The notes beneath the pieces are model-generated. The model searched no databases and was not told the origin of the DNA. It saw only the letters and a list, made by a program, of their open reading frames with translations. The position numbers were made by a program, and so were the translations under genes. A stretch of DNA of 64,000 nt from Candidatus Liptonbacteria bacterium. Lineage in GTDB: Bacteria; Patescibacteriota; Minisyncoccia; UBA6257; 2-01-FULL-56-20. Positions 28,994-39,778 of the stretch are shown in pieces (within the stretch, counting starts at the first letter, position 1; each line of letters begins with the position of its first letter). The DNA is taken from positions 3,548-67,547 of the forward strand of contig JACPLI010000020.1 in the NCBI GenBank assembly GCA_016186635.1, in the 5' to 3' direction.

Positions 28994-29248
28994 ATGAAGA
29001 GAAGTTTCAAAGAACGGGTATATGCAGTTGTCGCAAAAATTCCCCGTGGGAAAGTATTGACGTACAAGGAAGTCGCACGCCGAGCGGGGAGTCCGGATGC
29101 CTCCCGTGCGGTCGGAAATATTCTGGCGAAGAATTTCAACCCAAAGATTCCCTGCCACCGCGTGATTCGCTCGGATGGGAAACTCGGCGGCTATAACCGC
29201 GGCGGAGACCTCAAGCGTGAGATTTTGGAAAGAGAGAAGGTGCTATAA
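28994..29248 (+). CDS. O6-alkylguanine methyltransferase family protein (single domain)
   Basis: IPRGKV.TY, RAVG and PCHRV motifs. Confidence 0.92.
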   Translation: MKRSFKERVYAVVAKIPRGKVLTYKEVARRAGSPDASRAVGNILAKNFNPKIPCHRVIRSDGKLGGYNRGGDLKREILEREKVL

Positions 29249-29283
29249 AGGATTCTGGCTGGAACTTATGCAGTCCCAGCCGG

Positions 29284-29916
29284 TCAGCTGTGGAACGACA
29301 GCTTGCAGCTCTTTGAGGCATTGCGCACTCGCGCATGCCAGGAGCTAACAGTAGTATAGCAAATAAACCTGAAATTGTAGAGCTTTTTCGCCCATGCGCC
29401 TGCATAATCCACGCCGATGCGCTTTCCCGCGAGGATATCTTTCTTGTTAATGCATACTCCGCGGTTTTCAAACCACAGTCCAGTTTTCCTTGCAGCGATT
29501 TTCCCGTTGAAAGATTTCCCGACGTGGAGATATTTCGTGAGCCGCGCCGGCCCACGGATGAGTTTAGAGATGAGTTTAGAAGTGATAAGTGGTGAGTGAT
29601 AAGTAACACCGCTTCGAATGAGAACTGCGGCGGGGTATCCCTTGGGACCAGTCACGATGTTCAGCATCCAGTGCATGCCGTAGGTGAAATAGACGTAAAA
29701 ACGCCCTGCCTCGCCGAACATGACCTTCGTCCGGGGCGTGAGTCCGCGGCTCGCGTGCGATGCCTTGTCATGCGGTCCGTCGTACGCCTCTGTCTCGGTA
29801 ATCATCACCGCGATGGTTTTCGTGCCAATCTTGCGCACGAGGAATTTTCCCAGAAGTTCCTGTGCCACCGTGAGCGTCGGGCGATTGAAAAATATTTTCC
29901 CGAGGACTTTTCTCAT
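29284..29916 (-). CDS. 3-methyladenine DNA glycosylase (MPG/AAG family)
   Basis: ETEAY, YVYFTYGMH, AVLIR, GP and RIGV motifs; heptamer-repeat insert. Confidence 0.93.
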   Translation of the reverse strand: MRKVLGKIFFNRPTLTVAQELLGKFLVRKIGTKTIAVMITETEAYDGPHDKASHASRGLTPRTKVMFGEAGRFYVYFTYGMHWMLNIVTGPKGYPAAVLIRSGVTYHSPLITSKLISKLIRGPARLTKYLHVGKSFNGKIAARKTGLWFENRGVCINKKDILAGKRIGVDYAGAWAKKLYNFRFICYTTVSSWHARVRNASKSCKLSFHS

Positions 29917-30052
29917 TTATCCCATTTTACCCATTACTGCACTCGCTGTTAAGGTTTGACCTTGAGAACGCCTAAGGTCGAACCTTAGAAAATAAAAAGC
30001 CCCGCGTCGCGCGGGGGGGTGTCATCGTCATTGTTATGGTCATCGTGTGACC

Positions 30053-30496
30053 CTAGTTCAGCACCGCAATCTCCGCCCGATGCGCGCCGAACCGGAGCGC
30101 ATCCGCCTTCGTCGGCATCCACACGTCCACATTATTAGTCTTGCGGCGGTGCATGCGGTCTTCCACGACGAAAATCTTGTCCCCGAAAAGCGAAGGAATC
30201 TGAACTTTGGTTCCGAAGGGGAGGAAGTTCGCGGCAATGATGCCGTCACGCACGAACGTGCCTTTTGCGGTGATAAACGGCGTGTCGTCCGTTTCCTCCG
30301 GGGTGCTTGAATAGGCAGTCACCCAGACGGTAACTGTAGGCGCCTTCCTTGCGGCGACGCGCGGCGTGCTCTGGAGAAGCGTCGCTTCGAGAGAGGTGCC
30401 CAGTACAATTGGCTCGTCAGCCATCGTGATGCCTGCCGAAGAGGGGTATACCGCAAGCGCGCCCGTTATAAAGATTAAAACCAGGTTTTTTGCCAT
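30053..30496 (-). CDS. 3D-domain (peptidoglycan-related) secreted protein
   Basis: TAYSS, TD.TPFITA, LPFGT, VEDR and DVW motifs. Confidence 0.88.
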   Translation of the reverse strand: MAKNLVLIFITGALAVYPSSAGITMADEPIVLGTSLEATLLQSTPRVAARKAPTVTVWVTAYSSTPEETDDTPFITAKGTFVRDGIIAANFLPFGTKVQIPSLFGDKIFVVEDRMHRRKTNNVDVWMPTKADALRFGAHRAEIAVLN

Positions 30497-30640
30497 GGTT
30501 CCTAATAAAAAGCCCCCTTTCTGGGGGTATTGAATTGTTAGGGGATATGCTAGCAAACTTGACGAATATTGTCAAGTATTGTGGAATTGCATGTGGAAGA
30601 TTTTCTATCGGCTAATTCGTACGAATGGTAGAATAAAAGC

Positions 30641-30901
30641 ATGCGGGAGTTTGAAAAAACTCTTAAGGCGGTCGCGAATCGGCGGCGATTGGCAATCCTT
30701 AAGTATTTGAAGAGTAATGACGCGGCATCAGTGGGAGAGATTGCGCGGGAAATTGGATTATCACTTCGCTCGACATCGAGGCACCTTGCGGTGTTAAGCG
30801 CGTGCGACATTGTGGAACGTGACCAGCGGGGATTACAAGTTTTCTACTGTCTCGCATGCAAATTACACACTACAGTTCGCCAGGTTATCTCTCTTCTTTG
30901 A
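30641..30901 (+). CDS. ArsR family regulator
   Basis: LKAVAN..RL.I and SRHL..L motifs. Confidence 0.88.
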   Translation: MREFEKTLKAVANRRRLAILKYLKSNDAASVGEIAREIGLSLRSTSRHLAVLSACDIVERDQRGLQVFYCLACKLHTTVRQVISLL

Positions 30902-31007
30902 CCCTTGTCTTGTTGTTATGGGCTTATTCGTGCGAATTAGCCCATAACATAGCAGGAATTTGGGAGTCAGGAGTCGGGATGGGGTATAGATGAGGTATAA
31001 TAGGAAT

Positions 31008-31652
31008 ATGATAAGTGGCAAAGAGCTTTCCGGGATGAGAAAGCGGGCATCGAAAATCATTAGTGTTCTCGGAAAGCTTTTTCCGAACCCAAAAATTGCC
31101 CTGAAGTACGGCAATAACTGGGAATTGCTCGTGGCGGTGCAATTAAGTGCCCAATGCACGGACAAAAAAGTGAATGAGGTAACCCCCGCGCTTTTCAAGA
31201 AATATCGGCGGCTTGAGGATTATGTAAGCGCCAATCCCCGGGAGTTTGAAAAGGATATCCACCAGTGCGGGTTTTTTCGGGCGAAAACGAGGAATATTTT
31301 AGCCGCGGCAAAGGTGGTGCAGGAAAAATTTGGCGGGAAACTGCCGCGCACAATGGAGGAGATGCTCGTGATTCCCGGCATCGGCAGAAAAAGCGCGAAT
31401 GTCATCCTCGGGAACGCCTACGGCGTAGTGGAAGGAATTGCGGTAGACACGCACGTAAAGCGCCTCTCGCGGGTGCTGGGATTAAGTAACGAAAAAACGC
31501 CGGAGAAAGTCGAGAAAGACTTGATGGCGATTATTCCGAAGAAGGATTGGTTCAGGGCGACGTACCTTTTGATTGATTATGGAAGGAAATATTGTTTTGC
31601 AAGGCCGCATCAACACCACCTTTGCCCGTTATCGAAAATTTTGGAGCGGTAA
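31008..31652 (+). CDS. nth: Endonuclease III
   Basis: LSAQCTDKKVN, PGIGRKSAN and VDTHV motifs. Confidence 0.95.
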   Translation: MISGKELSGMRKRASKIISVLGKLFPNPKIALKYGNNWELLVAVQLSAQCTDKKVNEVTPALFKKYRRLEDYVSANPREFEKDIHQCGFFRAKTRNILAAAKVVQEKFGGKLPRTMEEMLVIPGIGRKSANVILGNAYGVVEGIAVDTHVKRLSRVLGLSNEKTPEKVEKDLMAIIPKKDWFRATYLLIDYGRKYCFARPHQHHLCPLSKILER

Positions 31653-31888
31653 AGGTTTGACCTTGGTTCTGCAAAAAGGTCGAACCTTGGCGGTGTTGAT
31701 AATGCGTCCCATAGTCCCGCGAGCGTCGGGGCTTTGCAGGGCTTCGCAAGGCCGTATGAGCATGATATTTGCCCGTTGTCGAAGATTGGGGTCGGGTAGC
31801 TTCTCTATTTTCTTATTCGCGCGAATAAGAAAATAGGATATATGCAGTTTGAAAATTGTGAATATTGGAGTAGTATTGTCATATTGAG

Positions 31889-32914
31889 ATGGATAAGAAA
31901 CAGCTCATACAGCAGATACAAGGACTACGGAATTCGCGGGTAATTACCTATGTCACAAGCGACCGGACGGGGCCGGTAAACGCCCGAATTGCGATGGATG
32001 TGATTCCTGTGGTGAGCAAACAACTCCGCGCAATCGGAAAAACCCAGAATATCGACCTGTTTCTCTACAGCGCCGGAGGCGACACAATGGTGCCGTGGAG
32101 AATTGTGTCCATGATTCGGGAGTATTGTGAGAAGTTTTCGGTGCTTGTGCCGTACAAGGCGCACAGCGCGGCGACGATGATTGCGCTCGGCGCGGATGAG
32201 ATTGCGATGAGCGACCTCTCGGAAATCTCACCGATTGACCCCTCAACGGCGAATGTTTTCAACCCGCAAGACCCCCAGAATCCGCAGAATAAAATCCCGA
32301 TTTCCGTGGAGGACGTGATGGCATATTTCGATTTGGCAAAAAATAAGTTCGGTATTAAGAATGACGCGGAACTTTCCAGTATCTTCTCAAAGTTTGTGGA
32401 GTCGAATCCGCAGATTCATCCTTTGGCGCTCGGGAACGTGAATCGTATCCACAACCTCATCCGTATTCTCGCGAAGCGGTTGCTGAAGAGCCATAAAACG
32501 CCAATGAAGGATGATGAGGTGGAAAAGATTGTTGACTACTTCACCGAAAAACTTTACTCGCACCAGTATTTCATCGGGCGGAAGGAAGCGAAAGAGGATT
32601 TGGGTTTGAAGTCGGTTGCGTATGCGGATAACTCCCTCGCGAAAGCGATGACGGAGTTGTTTGAGGAATACAGGAAAGATATGGACCTTGAGACGCTCTG
32701 GAACCCGGAAAACGAGCTGGGTGTGAATGCGATGCAGAATAGGAAGCAGTATAAGATTGCGTTTATTGAAAGCGCGCAAGAATCAAGGCATTTTGAACTC
32801 TCGATTGAGTATCGCAAACAGCAAGTGAATATGGTTCAGCAAACCCCGCAGGGACCGATTCAAGTCCCGCAAGAACAGGTCGGATGGAGAATTATGGAGC
32901 AGGGGTGGAGATAA
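31889..32914 (+). CDS. ClpP-class serine protease (SDH_sah-like)
   Basis: S.GG, AHSAATMIALGADEI, SPIDP and SH..I...EA motifs. Confidence 0.85.
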   Translation: MDKKQLIQQIQGLRNSRVITYVTSDRTGPVNARIAMDVIPVVSKQLRAIGKTQNIDLFLYSAGGDTMVPWRIVSMIREYCEKFSVLVPYKAHSAATMIALGADEIAMSDLSEISPIDPSTANVFNPQDPQNPQNKIPISVEDVMAYFDLAKNKFGIKNDAELSSIFSKFVESNPQIHPLALGNVNRIHNLIRILAKRLLKSHKTPMKDDEVEKIVDYFTEKLYSHQYFIGRKEAKEDLGLKSVAYADNSLAKAMTELFEEYRKDMDLETLWNPENELGVNAMQNRKQYKIAFIESAQESRHFELSIEYRKQQVNMVQQTPQGPIQVPQEQVGWRIMEQGWR

Positions 32915-32941
32915 ATCTTTGTTTCTGTTATCATACCTTCT

Positions 32942-33550
32942 ATGAAGATTGAAGCAGTGAAAAACGTAAATATTACGGCACTTTTTGCGTCTCCTCTTAA
33001 CCACCTCCTTATTAGTCAGAGTGGTCTTTTGGATTTGCTAAAAACCGGCGACGAAATAAAAGATAAGAGAACCTTTGTTGAGGCCCCTGGTTTGAAGGTC
33101 TTGATATTTCCGAATAGGAAAAAAGATTTTGTGTTTGAGGGAACAAGAATCCTCGTTAGCGACAAGAGCGAAGTTTTACCAAAAGAATCTGATGTGGTAG
33201 ATGATTTTGAAAAGATAGTTAACAGCGACATGGTTGAAAAAAACAAGATTGCGGCTTACGGATTTAATTATGATGCTGTAGTAAATCCCGAGAACGGTTT
33301 TAAAATCGGTGACATTGTTGGCAGTAAGATCGCTGGCATCCAAGATATAAAGAGTGCAGGAGTCAGCATTTTATTTGAAAAGGGTGGAACAACTTATACA
33401 TTAGAGATTAAACCGATAGGAGTGGAACAGAAATTTGTTGCACACTTTAATGCTCATTTTAGTACTAACAGTTTACCAAGTGATGAGGAGTTAAAGGGAA
33501 AAATCGATAAGGAGTTTTTAGAATTTAGAAATATTGTTGGAAAAATATGA
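32942..33550 (+). CDS. Hypothetical protein, possibly TIGR04255-like
   Basis: AT-rich ORF; I.A.GFNY motif only weakly recalls that family. Confidence 0.6.
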   Translation: MKIEAVKNVNITALFASPLNHLLISQSGLLDLLKTGDEIKDKRTFVEAPGLKVLIFPNRKKDFVFEGTRILVSDKSEVLPKESDVVDDFEKIVNSDMVEKNKIAAYGFNYDAVVNPENGFKIGDIVGSKIAGIQDIKSAGVSILFEKGGTTYTLEIKPIGVEQKFVAHFNAHFSTNSLPSDEELKGKIDKEFLEFRNIVGKI

Positions 33551-33810
33551 ATGAAGTGTTGACGCTCGACAATCTTACTGGAGTGTTTCAGCCAGGCGCA
33601 ATTTCACTCTCTCCGCAGCCTTTAGTGGAAGAGAAAATAATTGAGGATAAGTTTTTGTTATTGAAAAAGGATATAGGGGAGGATTTATTTAATAAACTCA
33701 CCTACGGCCAACAGGCTTTTATTGTGAACGTGTCTAATACGATTGACCTAGGCGAGACTGTTGATATTGATGCAATATATAGCGGAATTGAGAAATTAGA
33801 GTATGAGTGA
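33547..33810 (+). CDS. Small acidic hypothetical protein (antitoxin candidate)
   Basis: Overlaps both neighbours, directly upstream of a PIN gene. Confidence 0.55.
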   Translation: MNEVLTLDNLTGVFQPGAISLSPQPLVEEKIIEDKFLLLKKDIGEDLFNKLTYGQQAFIVNVSNTIDLGETVDIDAIYSGIEKLEYE

Positions 33811-34336
33811 GGTGAGGGTACGAGAGGGCAGAGCGAAGGCATTTCTAGATACGGCTTTTTTAGCCTCTTTTTCCATACCAAATCACAAGGACAATAAAAA
33901 GGCGAGAATATTATTGGCAGAACTTACACTAAAGTATGACTTATACACAGCACCCCTTTGTTTTTATGAGTTGTGGCAAGTAGTAAAAGAGTACAAAGAT
34001 TTTTATAAAGGAAATTACCAATTTATAAGGAAGCTAAATAAGGTACTAAAGCTTATTCATTGTAAAATATTATTTAACGAGATCAATCTTTCTTATAAGG
34101 CGGTAATTAATGATTTAAAGTCTTTCACGAAGCAAATTCTTGGATCGATGTTTATTACTGTTATTCCCTCAGATAGGCAGAGTATTAACTCAGCATTGGA
34201 TGCGATAGACGAGTTTCTGGCGAAACCAGGCGACGCTTTTCACTTTTCCTCAATGGATAGTGCTGGGATTGAAACGGTGGTTACTGGGAATAGAAAAGAT
34301 TTTGAAAGGATGGGATTACATGTAATTTGGTTTTAG
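33803..34336 (+). CDS. PIN-domain (VapC-like) ribonuclease
   Basis: FLDTAFL, E, DA.H and T.N.KDF motifs. Confidence 0.85.
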   Translation: MSEVRVREGRAKAFLDTAFLASFSIPNHKDNKKARILLAELTLKYDLYTAPLCFYELWQVVKEYKDFYKGNYQFIRKLNKVLKLIHCKILFNEINLSYKAVINDLKSFTKQILGSMFITVIPSDRQSINSALDAIDEFLAKPGDAFHFSSMDSAGIETVVTGNRKDFERMGLHVIWF

Positions 34337-34447
34337 ATAAGCTTGATGTATTTCCTCATTCGCCCATTTGCACGAATGGGCGAATGAGGGTGTGACGAGA
34401 GAAGTATATTTGTATTACTTGAGTGATATGTTTACATTTGACATGCA

Positions 34448-36559
34448 ATGCAAAAATTTGAACTCGCAAAAGAGTTGAAGCCAGCAGGTGATCAACCAAG
34501 CGCTATCGAGAAGCTTGTGGCGGGATTGAAGAGGGGATACCAGCATCAGACGCTTTTGGGAGTTACGGGGAGCGGAAAGACGTTTACTGTCGCGAACGTG
34601 ATTGCAAAGATACAGAAGCCGACGCTGGTGATCGCGCACAACAAGACGCTCGCGGCCCAGCTTACGAATGAATTCAGGGAGCTTTTCCCGAAGAACTCGG
34701 TAAATTATTTCGTGTCGTACTACGACTACTACCAGCCGGAGGCGTATATTCCATCGTCCGACACCTACATAGACAAAGAAGCGCTTATCAACGACGAGAT
34801 TGATAAACTGCGCCATGCGGCGACGACGGCGCTCCTCACGCGGCGGGACGTAATTGTGGTTGCATCCGTCTCATGTATCTACGGCTTGGGCGCGCCGGAG
34901 ACGTACGCGGAGAACATTTTCCGGTTCAAGGTTGGAGACAGGGTTGAGCGGAAGAATTTTGCGCGAAAGCTTGTTGAATTGCAATTCACGCGCACGAACA
35001 TAAATTTGAAGCGCGGTACGTTCCGCCTTCGTGGAGAGAATTGGGAAATAATGCCGCCGGACAGGGAAGTGATTTACATGCTCGAAGTGCGAAGTTCAAC
35101 TATCGCGGCGATATATGCAACAGACCCTGTAGTTGGGTTTCAGCCCGGCAAGACACCGCCAGTCGAGGAAGTCATCATTCCTCCGGCAAAACATTTCATT
35201 ACCGAAGCGGACGCGCGCGAGCGGGCAATCGGCTTGATTCAGGAGGAGCTCAGGGTGCAACTCAAGTATTTTGAGGAAAATAAGAAATTTCTCGAAGCCG
35301 AACGGCTCGAGCGCCGTACAAAGTTCGACATTGCGATGATACGGGAGATCGGCTACTGCCACGGCATCGAGAACTATTCGCGGCACCTTTCGGGCCGCGC
35401 GGCAGGTACTCCTCCTGAAACTCTTCTCGACTATTTTATGCAGGGTTCGAAATCGCATTCGGATGCAAAGGTTCGACCTTTAGGGGGTTCTCAAGGTCGA
35501 ACCTTGGAAGAACCCGATTTCCTGACCATAATTGACGAATCCCACATCACCGTGCCGCAGATTCAGGGGATGTATCATGGCGACGCGTCGCGGAAGAAAA
35601 CGCTCGTCGAATACGGGTTCCGTCTTCCCTCCGCCGCGGACAACCGGCCATTGAAATTTGCGGAGTTTGAAAAGCGCATAGGGCAGACGATATATACATC
35701 CGCCACGCCGGGACCGTATGAGTTGAAGAAGAGCGGGGTAAAAGCTCGACCTTTAAGGGATTCTCAAGGTCGAGCCTTGGGAGAAACCGGAGGTCAAGTT
35801 GTGGAGCAAATTATCCGCCCTACTGGCCTCGTAGACCCCAAAATCACCATCCGGCCCGCGCGCGGGCAGGTGGACGACCTGATTCCTCGGATCGAGGAGC
35901 GCGTTGCCGCAAAGGAGCGGGTGCTCGTGACGACGCTCACCAAGAAAATGGCGGAGGATTTATCCGCATATCTCGAAGGAAAGAAAATGAAAGTGGCGTA
36001 TCTCCACAGCGACGTGAAAACGCTTGACCGTATCCGCATTCTTACGAACTTGCGGAAGGGTTCGGAGGCGAAGGGCGGATTCGACGTGCTCGTGGGAGTG
36101 AATCTCCTGCGCGAAGGGCTCGACTTGCCCGAAGTGTCGCTCGTCGCGATTCTTGATGCGGACAAGGAGGGCTTTCTCCGGAGCGAGACCTCGCTCATCC
36201 AGACCATCGGGCGCGCGGCGCGAAACGTGCGCGGAGAGGTTTTGATGTATGCCGACCACATCACGGGTTCGATTAAGCGCGCGGCGGGGGAGACCGAGCG
36301 GCGCCGAAAACTTCAACTTGCCTACAATAAAGAACATGGCATTACGCCGAAGACGGTGATGAAGAAAATCACGAGTATCTTGCCGGAAGAGGTGTTGAAG
36401 CTCGAAATGAAGCCGATTCCGAAATCCAAATCCGCAATAGAGAAGCTTATCCGCGAGAAGGAGCGGGAGATGCGCGAAGCGGCGAAAGAGCTGAACTTTG
36501 AATTAGCGGCGATTTTACGAGATGAGATAAAGGTTCTTAAGAGGAGTAATCGCGAATAG
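34448..36559 (+). CDS. uvrB: Excinuclease ABC subunit B
   Basis: GVTGSGKT, YYDYYQPEAY, DESH and QTIGRAARN motifs, C-terminal UVR domain. Confidence 0.98.
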   Translation: MQKFELAKELKPAGDQPSAIEKLVAGLKRGYQHQTLLGVTGSGKTFTVANVIAKIQKPTLVIAHNKTLAAQLTNEFRELFPKNSVNYFVSYYDYYQPEAYIPSSDTYIDKEALINDEIDKLRHAATTALLTRRDVIVVASVSCIYGLGAPETYAENIFRFKVGDRVERKNFARKLVELQFTRTNINLKRGTFRLRGENWEIMPPDREVIYMLEVRSSTIAAIYATDPVVGFQPGKTPPVEEVIIPPAKHFITEADARERAIGLIQEELRVQLKYFEENKKFLEAERLERRTKFDIAMIREIGYCHGIENYSRHLSGRAAGTPPETLLDYFMQGSKSHSDAKVRPLGGSQGRTLEEPDFLTIIDESHITVPQIQGMYHGDASRKKTLVEYGFRLPSAADNRPLKFAEFEKRIGQTIYTSATPGPYELKKSGVKARPLRDSQGRALGETGGQVVEQIIRPTGLVDPKITIRPARGQVDDLIPRIEERVAAKERVLVTTLTKKMAEDLSAYLEGKKMKVAYLHSDVKTLDRIRILTNLRKGSEAKGGFDVLVGVNLLREGLDLPEVSLVAILDADKEGFLRSETSLIQTIGRAARNVRGEVLMYADHITGSIKRAAGETERRRKLQLAYNKEHGITPKTVMKKITSILPEEVLKLEMKPIPKSKSAIEKLIREKEREMREAAKELNFELAAILRDEIKVLKRSNRE

Positions 36560-36685
36560 CGCGAATTTGGATTTAATAACGCGAATAAATCTCTTGCCCA
36601 TTTTATCCACAGGAAAGGGTTAGTTGTCCACCGATTCTCCACATTTTTTACTTGACTTTTTGAAACGAGGCGGGAAAATTATTAC

Positions 36686-36906
36686 GGTTCCTAGGATCGC
36701 GCACAACTTCCGTTCAAAGTAATTTTTCACCACAAGAACCCGAAGCATGACGCGCCTGTGGGTACGTCATTGAGGGTCAAAACTTGTGAAACCGGCGGAG
36801 GAGTTTGAGCGCGAGACGAAGAACCAAGATAGAGTTTCCTGCACAGCCGCAGGAAACTCTCCGTATAACCAAACTTTTATCTACCACCGCCCCCGCAGGC
36901 GGTTTT
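36686..36906 (+). ncRNA. Structured ncRNA candidate, 6S-RNA-like rod followed by a hairpin and terminator
   Basis: Nested pairings GGTTC/GAACC, TCGCGC/GCGCGA, CACAAG/CTTGTG, ACCC/GGGT and ATGACG/CGTCAT with a central bubble; upstream TTGACT. Confidence 0.55.
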
Positions 36907-37037
36907 AATTTTTTCCGGTGTTCTGCTACACTTTCTCTTGCTACCCCCTATGCATCACATGAAGGGGGCGATTTGCATGTTGCGGAATCAATTTCGGGAA
37001 GTCGGACTTCCAAACATTGGGAGCTAATCCAAAAACT

Positions 37038-39725
37038 ATGCATAACAAGATAATCATTCGCGGCGCCCGCGAGCATAATTTGAAGAACATCACGCTCGAG
37101 ATTCCGCGCGATAAAATGACTGTGTTCACCGGGCTTTCCGGCTCGGGGAAGTCGAGCATGGCGTTCGACACGATTTTCGCCGAGGGACAGCGCCGCTACA
37201 TCGAGTCGCTCTCCGCGTATGCGCGGCAGTTTTTGGGGCGGCTCGATAAACCGGACGTGGATGATATTGAGGGGCTCTCGCCCGCAATCTCGATTGATCA
37301 GAAAAGCCATTCCCACAATCCGCGTTCGACGGTGGCAACCGTGACCGAGATTTATGACTATCTTCGCGTGCTCTTCGCCCGCGCGGGGAAGCCCCACTGC
37401 CCAAAGTGCGGCAGGGAAATCCAGAAGCTTACGAACGAGGAGATTGTGGATGTCGCCGTCCAAATCTCGAATGAGAATAAGTCAAAGAAAAACATCGTGA
37501 TTCTTGCGCCGGTCGTGCGTGGACGGAAAGGGGAATACTATCAGCTCCTCTACGACTTCTTGAACGCCGGGTTCTCCGAGGTGCGCGTGGACGGGGTTTA
37601 CAAAACGCTCCGCGAGCGAGTGGAATTGAGCAGATATAAAGCGCACTCGATTGATTTGGTAGTGGACCGCATTCCGGCGGGAATTGATTTTTCCGACAAA
37701 GATGCGCGGCTTCGACTTGCGGAGGCGGTTGAGATGGCCTTGAAATACGGGAATGACGTGGTGACGGTTGTGACCGACAAGGAAGTCTCGCTCTCCGCGA
37801 AGTTTACCTGTCCGAACGACGGGTTCTCGTTTCCCGAAATCGAGCCGCGGCTTTTCTCGTTCAACAGCCCGTACGGCGCGTGCCCCCAATGCCACGGGCT
37901 GGGCACGGAAGATGTGTGGTCCGAAAAGATTTGCCTGGTGTGCGCGGGGAAGCGTTTGAAAGAAGAAAGTTTGGGGGTATTGATTAACGGTAAAAGCATA
38001 GCTTCGATCGCGGCGCTATCGATTGGGGATGCGTATATGTTTTTTGAAAAATGGGAAGCATCAATAGCGGGGAAGTCGGACTTCCCGAGGAAGTCCGACT
38101 TCCAAAAATTGGCCTTGAAGGAGATCGCGGAAGCCCCGCTCCGCGAAATAAAAAACCGTCTGAAATTCATGATTGACGTGGGGCTCGAGTATCTCACGCT
38201 CGAACGCCGGGCGGGGACGCTCTCCGGCGGGGAAGCGCAACGAATCCGGCTTGCCTCGCAAGTGGGTTCTCGGCTCGTGGGCACGCTCTACATTTTGGAC
38301 GAGCCGACCATCGGGCTTCACCAAAAAGATAATGCGAAGCTCATCAAGACGCTTCACGACCTGCGTGATTTGGGGAACACGATTGTGGTCGTCGAGCACG
38401 ACGAGGAGACAATTCGGGAGAGCGATTATCTCGTAGACTTTGGTCCCGGCGCGGGTATTCATGGGGGGAAAGTGGTGGCGCAGGGGGCGATTCCAGAGCT
38501 GTTGGGACCAGTGTCATTCCCGCGCACGCGGGAATCCAAGGTATCACAGGGAACTCTGGATTCCCGTTTTCACGGGAATGACAGAAAAGTTCTTACTCGG
38601 CAAAGTCAGGTTTTGAAAGATTCTCTCACTCTTCAGTATTTGCATGGCAAGAAGTTTATTGAAATCCCGAAAGAGCGCCGCGGCGTCGGCAAGGGGACGA
38701 AGCTTATTTCCATCAAAGGCGCGAAAGAAAATAATCTCAAGAACATCGACGTGGCGATTCCCGTGGGGCGGCTTACGGCGGTGACCGGCGTTTCGGGTTC
38801 GGGGAAGTCGAGTTTGGTCTACGACGTGCTCTATAAGACGCTCGCGAATAAGTGGCACGGGGCGAGTTACAAGGAGGGCGCGCATAGCGGAATTTTTGGA
38901 TTAGAGCACATAAATCGAGTGATCAACATTGACCAGTCGCCGATTGGGCGCACGCCGCGCTCGAATCCCGCGACGTATGTGGGTGCGTGGACGTTTGTTA
39001 GAGACCTCTTCGCGGCGACCCCCGACGCAAAAGTGCGCGGCTATAAGCCGGGGCGGTTCAGCTTCAATGTGCCGGGCGGCCGGTGCGAGAACTGCGAAGG
39101 GCACGGCACGCTCGCCATCGAGATGCATTTCCTCCCCACGGTCTACGTGCAGTGCGACATCTGCAAAGGCAAGCGCTTCGACCGAGAGACGCTTGCGGTG
39201 GAGTACCGATCCTCCGCTAAAGCTATGGACGGCAGGCAAAGCAAAAATATATACGAGGTTTTGAAACTCACGATTGAAGAGGCGGTGAAGTTTTTTGATG
39301 AAATCCCGTGGCTCGCGGACCGATTGAAGATTCTGGACGAAGTGGGGCTCGGATACCTCGAACTCGGGCAGTCCGCGACGACCCTCTCCGGCGGAGAAGC
39401 CCAGCGCGTGAAGCTTGCCTCGGAGCTGGGGAAGCGCGACACCCGCCGGACGCTCTACTTGCTCGACGAACCCACGACGGGGCTTCACTTTGCGGACGTG
39501 GACAAATTGCTCCAAGTTTTACAGCGCCTTGTGGGCAGAGGGAATACGGTCGTCGTCATCGAGCATAACTTGGATGTCATCAAAACCGCGGACTGGGTGA
39601 TTGACCTTGGCCCCGAAGGAGGAGAGAAGGGCGGCGAAATTGTCGCCGCGGGCACGCCCGAAGAAATCGCGCGAAAGAAAGGGAGCTTTACGGGGGAGTA
39701 TCTGCGGAGGGTTCTCCAAGGTTAA
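37038..39725 (+). CDS. uvrA: Excinuclease ABC subunit A
   Basis: GLSGSGKSS and GVSGSGKSS Walker A, two LSGGEAQR motifs, zinc fingers. Confidence 0.98.
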   Translation: MHNKIIIRGAREHNLKNITLEIPRDKMTVFTGLSGSGKSSMAFDTIFAEGQRRYIESLSAYARQFLGRLDKPDVDDIEGLSPAISIDQKSHSHNPRSTVATVTEIYDYLRVLFARAGKPHCPKCGREIQKLTNEEIVDVAVQISNENKSKKNIVILAPVVRGRKGEYYQLLYDFLNAGFSEVRVDGVYKTLRERVELSRYKAHSIDLVVDRIPAGIDFSDKDARLRLAEAVEMALKYGNDVVTVVTDKEVSLSAKFTCPNDGFSFPEIEPRLFSFNSPYGACPQCHGLGTEDVWSEKICLVCAGKRLKEESLGVLINGKSIASIAALSIGDAYMFFEKWEASIAGKSDFPRKSDFQKLALKEIAEAPLREIKNRLKFMIDVGLEYLTLERRAGTLSGGEAQRIRLASQVGSRLVGTLYILDEPTIGLHQKDNAKLIKTLHDLRDLGNTIVVVEHDEETIRESDYLVDFGPGAGIHGGKVVAQGAIPELLGPVSFPRTRESKVSQGTLDSRFHGNDRKVLTRQSQVLKDSLTLQYLHGKKFIEIPKERRGVGKGTKLISIKGAKENNLKNIDVAIPVGRLTAVTGVSGSGKSSLVYDVLYKTLANKWHGASYKEGAHSGIFGLEHINRVINIDQSPIGRTPRSNPATYVGAWTFVRDLFAATPDAKVRGYKPGRFSFNVPGGRCENCEGHGTLAIEMHFLPTVYVQCDICKGKRFDRETLAVEYRSSAKAMDGRQSKNIYEVLKLTIEEAVKFFDEIPWLADRLKILDEVGLGYLELGQSATTLSGGEAQRVKLASELGKRDTRRTLYLLDEPTTGLHFADVDKLLQVLQRLVGRGNTVVVIEHNLDVIKTADWVIDLGPEGGEKGGEIVAAGTPEEIARKKGSFTGEYLRRVLQG

Positions 39726-39778
39726 ACCTTGAATCTGCAAAAAGGTTTAACCTTACATTGAAATAGGGGCGATTCGCG

